Made by a program: the position numbers and the translations under genes
NCBI GenBank assembly: GCA_013287775.1
Contig: JABDDE010000005.1
Span: forward strand, 1-63,437
Source: Chlamydiota bacterium
GTDB taxonomy: Bacteria; Chlamydiota; Chlamydiia; Chlamydiales; FEN-1388
Length of the DNA stretch: 63,437 nucleotides
Direction: 5' to 3'
The notes under the pieces: model-generated
Database searches by the model: none
The model's input: the letters and a program-made list of their open reading frames with translations, nothing else
What the model was told of the DNA's origin: nothing
In this document: piece after piece, positions 48,499-59,504 of the stretch
How the letters are laid out: each line of letters opens with the position of its first letter
Position numbering within the stretch: the stretch's first letter is position 1

Positions 48499-48813
48499 TT
48501 ACCCCACAATATCTACAATTTTCACCTGTGCATATGTTTGCCTATGGCCAAACTTGCGATACTGATTCTTTCGTCGCTTATATTTCACAGCTTGAATTTT
48601 TGTTCCCTTTACGTCGTTGAGATACTCCCCTTTAACCACACAGCCACTTACTGTAGGAGCTCCAACTTTAATGGCACCATTGGCACCACCTAAAAAAAGC
48701 ACATCATTAAAAGCAACGCTAGTCCCCGGCAGAGCATCAAATAGCTCTACATGGATCACATCGCCCTTTTTTACACGATACTGCTTACTGCCACTTCGGA
48801 TAATTGCATACAT
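48499..48813 (-). CDS. rplU: 50S ribosomal protein L21
   Basis: MYAII..GSKQYRV, GHRQ. Confidence 0.98.
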   Translation of the reverse strand: MYAIIRSGSKQYRVKKGDVIHVELFDALPGTSVAFNDVLFLGGANGAIKVGAPTVSGCVVKGEYLNDVKGTKIQAVKYKRRKNQYRKFGHRQTYAQVKIVDIVG

Positions 48814-48971
48814 ACTCTAAGACCCTAGTAGTAGTATCTACGGGAAAATGTGCTTGGACGTTTTCCCGCAGATGCTACAAAAATACAAATAATAATGGTT
48901 TAGTATACACTGCGGCACCATTATCTTCAACTATAATTGTTGTTGCCCGTTGCCATGGGGACCACACGCAT

Positions 48972-49044
<73 letters not shown>

Positions 49045-49101
49045 TTTAATACAAAAAAGATACATGACATCGTCTTTTCTTGCAATAGGTATTTCAGGTG
49101 T

Positions 49102-50430
49102 TTAAAACAACCACGTCATCATCTCCTCTGCACGCATACACAAAACCTTGTATGCAGGCGCGATGATGATTCTACCATGCTCAGTCTGTATATCATCCTC
49201 TTCGTCTCGAGTAACAATAAACGCTTGTCTTACCTTACACTCCTGCATAGCCACCTCAAGCGCCCTATACTCTCGCTCTTTTGTTTCTCGATCATGCATA
49301 TGCCAGGCGGTCTGTATAAGTGCAAGACGACTACCATGCTTTGCAATAAAATCCACCTCGAGATTGTTTTTTGTTTTGTAATAAAACAGCTCAAGATGGC
49401 ATCGTTTCAATTGCAAAAACACGGCGTTTTCGAAAAGCCTTCCTACGTTTTGAGAAAAGGTAAAAGTCATAGCATTAATTTGCCCCATATCTATGCCATA
49501 CACTTTTTTGGGACTGCGAATTTGTGTTGCCCGTAAATAGGAAAACGCGTCGAGCTCAAATAAAAGATAGGCATCAGAAAACGCCTGGATATAGTCCTTC
49601 AAGCTCTTATCAGAACAATCAAAAAGGCTCGCTAACTTATTATAGGAAAAAGATTTCCCAAAATGCGATAAAAGCAGCGTAAAAATGCGCTCGAGCTCGT
49701 ACGGCTGTCTTGCATGGATACGCGGCACCACATCTTGATAGAGAATCGTTTTTGTATAAGCGCCTAGTATATCAGCCGCCTCTTCATAATGTTTGTGTAT
49801 AGCGACCTCAGGAAAGCCACCATATTGCAGATAGGTGTCTAAAAGCTTGGTTAATCTATGCCGCTCCTTCACTATCTTGATGGGATTTTCTATAGGAATT
49901 GCATGTGCAGAGGCCACTTCAGCAAAAGAGAGCGGAAACACATCTATCGGCAATGTTCTTCCAGACAACATCGTCATCAGATCTGCTGAAAGCAGTCGTG
50001 AATTTGAACCCGTGATCACGAATTTCACCTTTTTCATTTCATAATGCGCTTTGATAAATATAGGAAAGTCATGAAAAAACTGCACTTCATCAAGCAAACA
50101 ATAGATTTTCCCTGTTGGCGAACACATTGTCAGGTATTCGTCAAAGGCTTTTTGCAGATAGGTGATATCTTTTGCATAAGGTGCAAAAAAAGGCTGCTCA
50201 AGATTTAAAAAGAGAATATTTTTGGACGGAATTTTCTCTTCTTGAACAAGATGGTTAATAAGCTGCTTAAGGATCGTGCTTTTTCCAGAGTGTCTCACTC
50301 CCATAAGCGAGACTACCATATTCACCTTCAAAAACTTAAGGAGTGTATGGAAACATTCGCGCTGAATCCCGTGTGCATAGAATTGCCCTTTCCAATGGGG
50401 ATTTTGTGCACCTAAAACTTCTTGAAACAT
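49102..50430 (-). CDS. AAA+ ATPase with DUF4143-like C-terminus
   Basis: GVRHSGKS, LDEVQ, TGSNS, GGFPE, FENAV, EVDF. Confidence 0.85.
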   Translation of the reverse strand: MFQEVLGAQNPHWKGQFYAHGIQRECFHTLLKFLKVNMVVSLMGVRHSGKSTILKQLINHLVQEEKIPSKNILFLNLEQPFFAPYAKDITYLQKAFDEYLTMCSPTGKIYCLLDEVQFFHDFPIFIKAHYEMKKVKFVITGSNSRLLSADLMTMLSGRTLPIDVFPLSFAEVASAHAIPIENPIKIVKERHRLTKLLDTYLQYGGFPEVAIHKHYEEAADILGAYTKTILYQDVVPRIHARQPYELERIFTLLLSHFGKSFSYNKLASLFDCSDKSLKDYIQAFSDAYLLFELDAFSYLRATQIRSPKKVYGIDMGQINAMTFTFSQNVGRLFENAVFLQLKRCHLELFYYKTKNNLEVDFIAKHGSRLALIQTAWHMHDRETKEREYRALEVAMQECKVRQAFIVTRDEEDDIQTEHGRIIIAPAYKVLCMRAEEMMTWLF

Positions 50431-50451
50431 ACCTATAATCCGAATAATTGA

Positions 50452-51513
50452 CTATTTTCTCGGATTATACTCCGAATCAAAATATGCATCCAGAATTTTC
50501 TTATGTCCCGAAGAGAAGGCAAGTTTTGCACTTTCTTCGTAGGTATACCACTTGTATCCTGGCACATCACATACCTGCCCTACAGTAAAGATCTTGGGAT
50601 ACAGCGTGACGCGATATCGCGTAAATGACTGCTTGACCTCTTGAAAATCCTGACTAAAGACAGCTTCCAGCTGTAGCTCTTGCTGAATGGTATGCTCTAC
50701 TTCATGGGGAAAGCGTCCATTTTTGGCTGCTGCAAAATAAGGAAACTCATAGAGCCCAGCCATGATTTTGCCCGCTTGGCCACATTGGAGGAGCAGCTGA
50801 TCATCACATACAATAACAGCTACATCGCGAAAGAGGGTCTCGTAGATGGTTTTTTTGGAAGTAACAGGAATGGCCTGCTGTGTGCCATGGACAAAGCTTT
50901 TGCATTGCATCTTGAGAGGACACTCTTCGCACTCAGGCTTTTTCTTACATACTAAAGCTCCGAGTTCTATAAGCGCCTCTCCTATAACCCAGCTTTCCTG
51001 CTCTGGCAAAATCGAGTCTACAATCGCATGAAGATGCTGTTTCGTCTTTGAAAGTGATATGTCTTCTTCTATTTCATAAAATCGAGTAAGCACACGCACA
51101 ACATTGGCATCAATGGCAACAGAGCGTTTATGAAAACCAAAGGACAAAATAGCCCCTACAGTATAGGGTCCAAGGCCTTTGATCTGTGCAAGCAGCTCTG
51201 GATCGACAGGAATTTCTCCACCAAAACGCTCGACAATCGTACGTGCAGCCTGAAGCAGCTGGCGCGCACGGCTATAGTAGCCCAGCCCTTCCCACACCTT
51301 CAGCACTTCAGCTTCGTTTGCACGAGCGAGATGATGAACAGATGGGAATAACGCCATCCATTTGTTGAAATATTCAACAACACGAAGAGCTTGTGTTTGC
51401 TGCAGCATGACCTCTGACACCCATACATGATAGGGTGAGGAGTTTTCACGCCACGGAAAGGCTCTTTTCTCTTGTTCAAACCACGTACGCAAAAGGTGAA
51501 TAGGCAACGTCAT
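50452..51513 (-). CDS. mutY: A/G-specific adenine glycosylase
   Basis: VSEVMLQQT, GLGYYSRA, HhH, Fe-S Cys cluster; start uncertain. Confidence 0.93.
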   Translation of the reverse strand: MTLPIHLLRTWFEQEKRAFPWRENSSPYHVWVSEVMLQQTQALRVVEYFNKWMALFPSVHHLARANEAEVLKVWEGLGYYSRARQLLQAARTIVERFGGEIPVDPELLAQIKGLGPYTVGAILSFGFHKRSVAIDANVVRVLTRFYEIEEDISLSKTKQHLHAIVDSILPEQESWVIGEALIELGALVCKKKPECEECPLKMQCKSFVHGTQQAIPVTSKKTIYETLFRDVAVIVCDDQLLLQCGQAGKIMAGLYEFPYFAAAKNGRFPHEVEHTIQQELQLEAVFSQDFQEVKQSFTRYRVTLYPKIFTVGQVCDVPGYKWYTYEESAKLAFSSGHKKILDAYFDSEYNPRK

Positions 51514-51526
51514 AACATAGGGTAGT

Positions 51527-51716
51527 GCCATGTGCAACTTTTCCTGCCGGAAAAGTGCACATGGCGAAAATAATGCACATAGTACCAATGCTATGGGTTA
51601 GGCAATCCACCCCCTACATGTTGCCTGAAGGGCAACATGCTAACCCCCAGGGCAACGCCCTGGGTTATGCAATTTTACGTCATATGCAATTTTCTTCGGA
51701 AAATTGCATATGACGT
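51527..51716. repeat. REP-B bracketed by two CATRTGCAA-type hairpins
   Basis: Hairpins 51527-51565 and 51677-51716; CCCAGGGCAACGCCCTGGG between. Confidence 0.8.
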
Positions 51717-51722
51717 CCCCTC

Positions 51723-52094
51723 TCATTTAACGTTGGGCAAATAAGGGTTTAAAAATGCGCCAAAAATGGTACCAATGATTAAGCCAGGTGATGCAATAAA
51801 CACAGCAATGATCGCAACTATAGTAACATATGCGCGAAAAATACCTTCACGAGAAAAATGTTCTTTACACTCTACAAATTTTTCTTGCATCTCTTTTGAA
51901 AAGTAGAGGCCAGAAATAAAGCCAACGATAAGCCCGCCCAGAAGGCGTTCAAAAATCGAAAGCAAGAGTCCTAGAAACAAAATGACATATGCTACCGCAT
52001 CCCATTTATGCGTCGATAAAAACTCCATAAACCCATTAAAATCATGAGGCGGCTCTTCACCGCCCGGCCTTTTATTTGATGGTTCTATACCCAT
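51723..52094 (-). CDS. Small membrane protein
   Basis: Four hydrophobic segments. Confidence 0.7.
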   Translation of the reverse strand: MGIEPSNKRPGGEEPPHDFNGFMEFLSTHKWDAVAYVILFLGLLLSIFERLLGGLIVGFISGLYFSKEMQEKFVECKEHFSREGIFRAYVTIVAIIAVFIASPGLIIGTIFGAFLNPYLPNVK

Positions 52095-52244
52095 AAATAT
52101 TTTTTTCCCCCTTTACAGTTGTCTCTCTTATCTGATACAGTCTTTGGTGACTTATTGTCAAAGAGCTTCTTGCAAATTTCGCTTTGGAGGCAAAATTCGA
52201 TGATTTTGCCCCAAATGGAATTTTTCAAGGAGCTCGTTAACTAT

Positions 52245-53756
52245 ATGGAAATAAAACCATCACACATACGTAAATGTATTATCATTTTAGGGGCCACCCT
52301 GATGTGCCTCATAGGGATAGCTGTCTACAACTATTTTTGTGATAGCACCTTGGCAACACCTATCCCACAGCCACCTGTGACCAAACAATTAGCCTCTTTG
52401 CCATATAGCTTTCGTGGCAAGGAAGACTCTTATAACTTCACGCAAAGTAGCTGCTTTCATCTTAAAAAATACCCCATGAAGTGGCAGCTACCAGATCTTC
52501 GAAGCCTCATTATTTCCTATGGCATTAGCTGCCGCCCAGATGCCCCCAAAAACAAGCAACAAATTGCGCTTGGCATCCGTGGGTATAATCAAATTGTATA
52601 TATTCCTCTTGGCCAAAAGGCCTATCTTAAGGCTGACACGCGCGCCTTGGGCCGTTTTGTATTTAGCGAACAAAACAGCCCAACATCCCTCTGGATTGCT
52701 CCAGAGCTGCAAAACGGAGTCACTGCCGCCCAGGTACAGATGAAAGATAGCGATGGGAAAATTGTGAGCACTCCTGAAGAAGTCAGCTCCTTTGTCATCC
52801 AGGAGGGGGATTTGCCTGCTGCACCCAATGTTTTACAAGGCTGGACTATTGGTTCAGAGCGCGTTGACTGCTCACTTCTTGCAAAACAGAAAGCAAAATG
52901 GGTAGGCCAAGATCAGTTTTTAAGTCGCTTTGGTGGTAAAGAATATGCCTTCACAGTAGGCAGAGAACGCATTGAGTTTGGAGAAGAAGGCGCACGCTTC
53001 GTTTGTTTTGCCAAAGAGGGTGATCTCTTCTTTTTCGATAATGAACGATGGCAGCCTGTAAAAGAAGTGAGCGCATCTCAAGGAAAGCCTCTTTTAGAAG
53101 TAAAGAAAGTGGGCGAGAGCGCTATTTTGTTTACTCTTTGGAATGAAGATGGCACCTACAAAATCCCACTGGAGCTACACCGTAGCCCAGAAGGAATGGC
53201 ATTTGCTAATCCTCTCGAAATCAAATTGGTAGGTGCAAAATCGCAAAAAGACTGGCTCGCCGAATATGAAAGCAAACGCTTTCCTTTACGCGTTGATGAT
53301 TGGGTTCTTTTGAAAGATGGCCATATTGAAAAAGTGACAAAAACTGAGCAAATTGATGCCTATATTGAAGGAAATCTCAGGGGCGAGATGATTGTATTTG
53401 AAGGCGTAAAAAGGCAAGGAAGAGAGCTCTGTCTGAGTGGCGTGCGCTTTAATGACAATAAAACACAGTACACCGACGTTATGTGCCCCCTCTACAAAGC
53501 CCAAAATACTAACAGCAGCCGCGGGGATAAAAAAGAAACACTTCACAATCAAAGGCAAAATCGGCAAAATAAGAAACTCAATCATGAAGATGACGATGAT
53601 GACGACGATGATGATATTTTTGATGATGACGATGATGATCTCATCGCAGATGATGATGGGGAAGATGTCCCTGATGATGATCACGATGAAAACCCTCCAG
53701 ATACCGATGATGCTCAGGATGATGAAGAGGGCAAAGAAGATGAGGATTTTATGTGA
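52245..53756 (+). CDS. Chlamydial T2SS-linked membrane-anchored protein with Asp-rich tail (CT573-like by position)
   Basis: N-terminal TM; precedes gspD. Confidence 0.7.
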   Translation: MEIKPSHIRKCIIILGATLMCLIGIAVYNYFCDSTLATPIPQPPVTKQLASLPYSFRGKEDSYNFTQSSCFHLKKYPMKWQLPDLRSLIISYGISCRPDAPKNKQQIALGIRGYNQIVYIPLGQKAYLKADTRALGRFVFSEQNSPTSLWIAPELQNGVTAAQVQMKDSDGKIVSTPEEVSSFVIQEGDLPAAPNVLQGWTIGSERVDCSLLAKQKAKWVGQDQFLSRFGGKEYAFTVGRERIEFGEEGARFVCFAKEGDLFFFDNERWQPVKEVSASQGKPLLEVKKVGESAILFTLWNEDGTYKIPLELHRSPEGMAFANPLEIKLVGAKSQKDWLAEYESKRFPLRVDDWVLLKDGHIEKVTKTEQIDAYIEGNLRGEMIVFEGVKRQGRELCLSGVRFNDNKTQYTDVMCPLYKAQNTNSSRGDKKETLHNQRQNRQNKKLNHEDDDDDDDDDIFDDDDDDLIADDDGEDVPDDDHDENPPDTDDAQDDEEGKEDEDFM

Positions 53757-53799
53757 GGTACTGGGACAATTTACCCCAGCAGCTCAAGGATATAAAAAT

Positions 53800-56235
53800 A
53801 TGCTAATAAAAGGTACTAGTAGACTATTCGTTTTGTTATTGACTGCAGTGTTGATGCTGCAATCAGCTCTTCATGCCGTAGATCTGGCAGAAAAGCGTGC
53901 AAATTTGGCAAAAGAGGCTTCTGCCCCAGCTGACAACCAACTGAAAGAGTTAAACCGACAACTGTCTGAAAAAAAGAAAGCGCTTTTGAAGCTGCAAATT
54001 GAAACCGATGAGCTATATAGAGCTGAACTTGCCAAAAATGCAGATCAGAATGCCATCGATGCATTACTCAAAGAGCGTGCTGGGCTTATTGAAAAGGCAA
54101 AAAAAGAGATTGCTGCCACAGAAATTACCTGGAAAGAAGTTGCAGAAAGCTTGACCGTTCAAGAGGACGATGGCCTCTGGCATCAGCCTGACACAACTAT
54201 CGGACAACTTGTCATCGACTATGGAAGCACAGAACATGTCTATCTCATGCCGCCAGAGATTGCAGCACTCCATGTCTATGTGAGCTCTCAGCTTACCATT
54301 CCTAAGGCTGCCTGGACAGAAATGCTCGAGCTCATTTTGGCCTCTTATGGTGTAGGCATCAAGCCTCTCAACACTTTCATGCGCCAGCTCTTCTTTCTCA
54401 GAATGAATCAAGCTGATCCGGCAACGATTTGCAGCTCACCTGATGTGCTCAAGAGCCGGCCTTTGAACAGCCGCGTTTGCTATATCATCTCCCCACCTCC
54501 TGCAGAGCTCAGACGCATCTATCAATTCCTTGAAAAATTTGTGCCACAAGAACAAATGGCATTTCAGGTACTTGGCAGCAATATTGTAATGGTCGGGTAT
54601 GTGCGTGAAGTCTTAGAGCTCATGAAGCTCTATGATTTTGCCCTCTCTCCAAAACAGGCTCAAGAATATAAAATTGTAGCTCTACAAAAAGCACAAAGCG
54701 AAGAAGTTGCACAGATTTTACTTTCCATATTTGAAGGAGTGGCCCCTAGAGAGGCACGAGAAGGCGCTTCTTCTGAAAAACGCTTTACCTACTTTCCACA
54801 AGATAGCTCCCAAGTATCAGGATTTCGCGTTATCCCTCTCAAACACCCAGCACATTCCCTCTTTTTGATGGGCAAACGCGATCAAATTGAAAAAGCTGCA
54901 GAAATTATTGCAGAGGTCGAAAATAGAATCAATGAAGTCCAAGAAAAAACCATTTTCTGGTACCCATGTAAGCACTCTGATGCAGAAGAGCTCGGCAAAG
55001 TAATCAGCCAAGTATATCTGAAAATGATTGCCATGCCTGGTCAATTTGCAGCTGATAGAGAAAAGTTTATAACTAAGCGATCTCGTGAAAAAATTGTCAA
55101 CTTCAATCGCGGTGACAACGGTAATGTGCCACCACTTATCGTCACCCCTCCTCCTGTTGAAGCACCTGGCGAGACCATGAAAAAGAAGCAGGTAGATATC
55201 CATGATGACTTTATTGTGGATGTGAAGACCAACTCTATCGTTATGGTCGTAGAAGCCTTTGTGCTTGATAAGTTGAAAGAGCTTATTTATCTGCTCGACG
55301 TTCCCAAAAAGATGATTCAGATTGACGTGCTGCTTGTCGAGAAAAAGATGATCGACAAAAATGATTTTGGGCTTAATCTCTTACGCCTTGGAGATTACGC
55401 GAAAGATAAAGATAAGTGGGGTCTCGGCTGGAATGACAACAGACGAAAAGGTGGTAAAGGGATTTTACACTACATTATTTCCCGTGCCAATAATCACGCC
55501 ATGCCTGCCTACGACATATCATTTAATTTTTTACTTTCACAAAAAGATGTTCAGATTAATGCGAATCCTTCGATGGTGACGGTCAATCAAACGCCTGTAA
55601 AATTTGCAATTGTTGATGAAATTTCGATAAATACAGGTACCTATGAGACCGATTCGAGGCGTTCACATCTCAAGAGCTCCTATGAGCGGGCGCAATATGG
55701 TATTACGATTCAAGTAACGCCTACGGTGCATGCTAAGGCCGAAGGGGAAGATGATGATGGGCATTCTAAATTCGTAACCATTACGACGGATATTAATTTT
55801 GATACACCTATCGAAAATAAAGACCATCGCCCTGATGTGACGAGAAGATCTATTAAAAACGAAGTGCGGATTAAAGATGGGGAAACCGTTATTTTAGGTG
55901 GGCTTCGAAGAAAAGAGGCGGGTGAAAATAAGGAAATGATTCCTTTTCTTGGGGAGATTCCTGGAATTGGTAAACTCTTTAGCAATACCTCTCTGACTGA
56001 CAGTAGCACCGAGATGTTTATCTTTATTACCCCTAAGGTTATCCCTGATGCCACAGAAGAGTTTCGTGAAATGCGAAAAGCCGAACTCATGAAGCGCCCC
56101 GGTGATATCCCTGAGTTTCTGTATGAAATTGAGGTGGCAAAAAAGGACATGAAGAGAAAGCTCTTTGAAGGTGGGCTGAAAATGCTTTTTGGAAGAGATG
56201 AACCCTTTTACAACACACCACAATGCCAAAACTAA
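53800..56235 (+). CDS. gspD: Type II secretion secretin
   Basis: LDVPKKMIQID, DGETVILGGL, IPFLGEIPGIGKLF. Confidence 0.92.
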   Translation: MLIKGTSRLFVLLLTAVLMLQSALHAVDLAEKRANLAKEASAPADNQLKELNRQLSEKKKALLKLQIETDELYRAELAKNADQNAIDALLKERAGLIEKAKKEIAATEITWKEVAESLTVQEDDGLWHQPDTTIGQLVIDYGSTEHVYLMPPEIAALHVYVSSQLTIPKAAWTEMLELILASYGVGIKPLNTFMRQLFFLRMNQADPATICSSPDVLKSRPLNSRVCYIISPPPAELRRIYQFLEKFVPQEQMAFQVLGSNIVMVGYVREVLELMKLYDFALSPKQAQEYKIVALQKAQSEEVAQILLSIFEGVAPREAREGASSEKRFTYFPQDSSQVSGFRVIPLKHPAHSLFLMGKRDQIEKAAEIIAEVENRINEVQEKTIFWYPCKHSDAEELGKVISQVYLKMIAMPGQFAADREKFITKRSREKIVNFNRGDNGNVPPLIVTPPPVEAPGETMKKKQVDIHDDFIVDVKTNSIVMVVEAFVLDKLKELIYLLDVPKKMIQIDVLLVEKKMIDKNDFGLNLLRLGDYAKDKDKWGLGWNDNRRKGGKGILHYIISRANNHAMPAYDISFNFLLSQKDVQINANPSMVTVNQTPVKFAIVDEISINTGTYETDSRRSHLKSSYERAQYGITIQVTPTVHAKAEGEDDDGHSKFVTITTDINFDTPIENKDHRPDVTRRSIKNEVRIKDGETVILGGLRRKEAGENKEMIPFLGEIPGIGKLFSNTSLTDSSTEMFIFITPKVIPDATEEFREMRKAELMKRPGDIPEFLYEIEVAKKDMKRKLFEGGLKMLFGRDEPFYNTPQCQN

Positions 56236-56250
56236 AATGACAACACTACA

Positions 56251-57939
56251 ATGAAACATACTCTGCATACTATCACGCAAAATGTGCGTGCCTTTTTGGC
56301 TCCCTATCTTCCAACACAAAGACAGTCTGTTAAAGCGCAGTCTGCCTCTACCCAAAAGCCAATAGAAGCACAGCCTCAGCTCCATGTATCATTCAATGTG
56401 GAAGAGTTTAAAGCCAAGCTGCAGTCGCTCGGTATTGCCGTGTACCCAGACCTTGGCGCCTTTCAGATTGACAAGCAGCTGACCAAAAAAATCCCCTATT
56501 CTTTTGCGAAAAAGCATTTGCTGTTACCTGTGGGCGAAAAGGGAACTTCCCTACTCATAGCAACACACGATCCCTTTAACCTCGATGCCATTGAAGAGCT
56601 GAGGCTCATTGTGAATAGCGAGATCGAAACAGTATTTGTGCCCAAACAGGCAATCATTGCTGCTATTCATGAATACTACACTCAAGAAGGATCCTCATCT
56701 GACATAGCCCCTGGAGGCAAAAAAGATGATGTTGACTCCATTCAAGAAGAGAATCACGAAGTGTATGACCTTCTTAATGACTCTTCCGAGCTTGCCCCAG
56801 CAGTGCGCCTCATTAACTTTTCCATTGCAGAGGCCATCCAACAAGGTGCCTCTGACATTCATTTCGAACCACTAGAAAACGGCCTCCTCATTCGATACCG
56901 AATTGATGGTGTGCTGCAAAATCGCCTCTCACCTGCTCATGAGCTACAATCACAGCTCTTGACAAGGCTGAAGGTCATGGCAAAACTCGACATCGCAGAG
57001 CGGCGCCTGCCACAAGATGGTAGAATCAAGATGCGCCTCGGTGGCAAGCAAATTGACTTTCGAGTAAGCACCATCCCTACAGTTACTGGTGAGCGCATAG
57101 TACTTCGTATTCTCGATAAAGGCAATATTGTGCTCGGGCTCAATATGATTGGCATGCCAGAGTATATTCTTACTGCCTTTCGACGTGCAATTGATGTTCC
57201 CGAAGGTATTATCTTAGTAACAGGGCCTACAGGCAGCGGAAAGACCACCACCTTATACAGCGCTATCATTGAGCTACAAAGCGAAGACACCAACATCATG
57301 ACCATCGAAGACCCCGTTGAATATCGCCTCAAAGGCATTGCTCAGATTGGCGTACATCCAAAAATTGGACTCACCTTTGCCGCAGGCCTTCGCCACATCC
57401 TCCGCCAAGACCCAGATATTATCATGATTGGGGAAATTAGAGATAAAGAAACTGCAGAAATTGCCATTCAGTCAGCGCTGACAGGGCACTTGGTATTTGC
57501 AACACTGCACGCAAATGATGCACCTTCTTCGATTGCCCGACTTGTGGATATGGGCATCGAGCCCTATCTTATTTCTTCATGTGTGATTGGAGCCCTTGCA
57601 CAGCGCTTAGTGCGCAAAATTTGCCCTGCATGCAAATGCTCTTATGTACCTGAGGCTGATGAAAGAACAAGTTTTTCCCTCCCAGTAGGGACAGAGCTAT
57701 TTCACGGCAAGGGATGCAATGAATGCTCTGGCTCCGGCTACAAAGGACGACATGGTATTTATGAATTTATGCCCCTGACACCGGCCATACGCAAGCAGCT
57801 TTCACACTCACCTGAAGCGACGGAGATCTGCCGAGTAGCCATAGAACAGGGTATGAAAACTCTTCGAGATCATGGAAAGGCGCTCGCTATGCAAGGGGGT
57901 ACCACACTTGCTGAAATACTTCGCGTCGCTAAAAATTAG
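56251..57939 (+). CDS. gspE: Type II secretion ATPase
   Basis: ASDIHFEP, GPTGSGKTTT, LRQDPD. Confidence 0.95.
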   Translation: MKHTLHTITQNVRAFLAPYLPTQRQSVKAQSASTQKPIEAQPQLHVSFNVEEFKAKLQSLGIAVYPDLGAFQIDKQLTKKIPYSFAKKHLLLPVGEKGTSLLIATHDPFNLDAIEELRLIVNSEIETVFVPKQAIIAAIHEYYTQEGSSSDIAPGGKKDDVDSIQEENHEVYDLLNDSSELAPAVRLINFSIAEAIQQGASDIHFEPLENGLLIRYRIDGVLQNRLSPAHELQSQLLTRLKVMAKLDIAERRLPQDGRIKMRLGGKQIDFRVSTIPTVTGERIVLRILDKGNIVLGLNMIGMPEYILTAFRRAIDVPEGIILVTGPTGSGKTTTLYSAIIELQSEDTNIMTIEDPVEYRLKGIAQIGVHPKIGLTFAAGLRHILRQDPDIIMIGEIRDKETAEIAIQSALTGHLVFATLHANDAPSSIARLVDMGIEPYLISSCVIGALAQRLVRKICPACKCSYVPEADERTSFSLPVGTELFHGKGCNECSGSGYKGRHGIYEFMPLTPAIRKQLSHSPEATEICRVAIEQGMKTLRDHGKALAMQGGTTLAEILRVAKN

Positions 57940-58141
57940 GATATATGTTACGTGACATCATATGTAATTTTTCGAGAGAAAAATTACATATAACGTCACG
58001 TAACGTAAATAATACACCATGAGCAGTTTCAAGGCCCTTTAGGGCCGCAATATGTATAGCCCAGGGCGAAGCCCTGGGGGGCAGGCCGCAGGCCTGCAAA
58101 AAAATCATGGAGGCCTGAAAGGCCGACACAAAGGAACAGGG

Positions 58142-59326
58142 ATGACGCTCTATTCATATAAAGGCTTTACCCAAGAGGGAAAAAGGATCCAGGGTACCAT
58201 TGAAGCAGGCTCTGATTATGAAGCCAAGGGGAAAATTCGTGAGCTGCAGATTATTCTCTCGGAGCTACGCGAGCAGCATGCCAAGAGCATAAAATCGCTT
58301 GCCTCCGATGTCTTGATTATCTTGACTTCACAGCTCTCACAGCTCCTTGGGGCAAAAATTCCACTCTATGAAAGTCTGCTCGCACTTGAAGAGCAATATC
58401 GCAACACCCCTCCCCATTTTATCATTTTATCGGTAACGGAGCGCATTAAATCAGGCTCTTCATTTAGTAAAGCCCTCGAAGACTTCCCCGACAGCTTTCC
58501 ACCTCTCTATAGAGCCCTTGTGACGGCGGGTGAAGCCGTGGGCAATCTCGAGCTTTCTCTGAAGCGACTTACCTCACTCCTTACCTACCAACAGAAGATG
58601 AAAAAGCAACTTCTGTCCGCTCTCACCTACCCAATCTTTCTTGTGGTCCTGCTCTTTGTTGCCATTGGCGTACTTGTAGGCTTTGTAATCCCCTCGATTG
58701 AAGCACTCTTTGAAGATAAAACTCTACCCTGGTTTACGTCTGTAGTATTTGCCGCAAGTAAGATGCTACGTGCATACTGGCCCTTTATTGTTGCTACTTT
58801 TCTAGGCCTCACTTTCTTTTGCGTTTTTTATCTCAGGCAGCCCCACATCAAAAAGCGCATTCAATATGGGCTGCTCAAGTTGCCTGTCATGAAGCGCTAT
58901 ATCATTCATGCCTCCCTTGCTCGCTTTGGACGCACGCTCTCATCGCTTTTGGAAGGCGGATTGCCGCTTACAAACTCGCTTGCCTTTGCGACAGAGTCCC
59001 TCCATAATGCCCGCCTTGAAGATATTATGAAGCGAGTCTCTGATAAGGTCATCGAAGGAAAAACCATTAGCTACGAGCTCAGCCAATATAAAGAAATTCC
59101 CTTTCTTTTTTCTCGTATGATGAAAATTGGTGAAGAGTCAGGACAGCTTGCCCCCTTGCTCAACCAAGTGGCTGCTATGTACGAAGAAGAGACTGAGCGG
59201 GCTTTAAACCGCCTCGTCACCCTCTCTCAGCCCGTTTTACTCATCATTATGGGCGGTGCAATTGGGACAGTCATACTCTCGATCTTGCTCCCAATGAGTG
59301 ATATTGGAAATGTTATGCAGCTATAG
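58142..59326 (+). CDS. gspF: Type II secretion inner-membrane protein
   Basis: GEAVGNL, ALTYP, GEESGQL; longer ORF start lies in a REP. Confidence 0.92.
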   Translation: MTLYSYKGFTQEGKRIQGTIEAGSDYEAKGKIRELQIILSELREQHAKSIKSLASDVLIILTSQLSQLLGAKIPLYESLLALEEQYRNTPPHFIILSVTERIKSGSSFSKALEDFPDSFPPLYRALVTAGEAVGNLELSLKRLTSLLTYQQKMKKQLLSALTYPIFLVVLLFVAIGVLVGFVIPSIEALFEDKTLPWFTSVVFAASKMLRAYWPFIVATFLGLTFFCVFYLRQPHIKKRIQYGLLKLPVMKRYIIHASLARFGRTLSSLLEGGLPLTNSLAFATESLHNARLEDIMKRVSDKVIEGKTISYELSQYKEIPFLFSRMMKIGEESGQLAPLLNQVAAMYEEETERALNRLVTLSQPVLLIIMGGAIGTVILSILLPMSDIGNVMQL

Positions 59327-59504
59327 CATTGATCTACGATCAATGCTATAGCTGCATAACAATTGTGAAATAATGCGCTAGACTATTTATCTCTATTCAT
59401 GATATACTGTAAGTTTAAATAAAAAAACAATTGCAATTATACCAAAAAAATCTTTAAATAAAGATAGGTATTTGCTATAAAATATTTAATTAACATAAGG
59501 TTCT

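Noticed and set aside
49102-50430. Genomic island anchored at tRNA-Phe
   Set aside because: No integrase or tRNA 3' duplication seen; the gene lies on the tRNA 5' side
53437-53799. Met-rich N-terminal extension of GspD
   Set aside because: Alternative frame of the upstream GAT-rich Asp tail; a signal-peptide start exists at 53800
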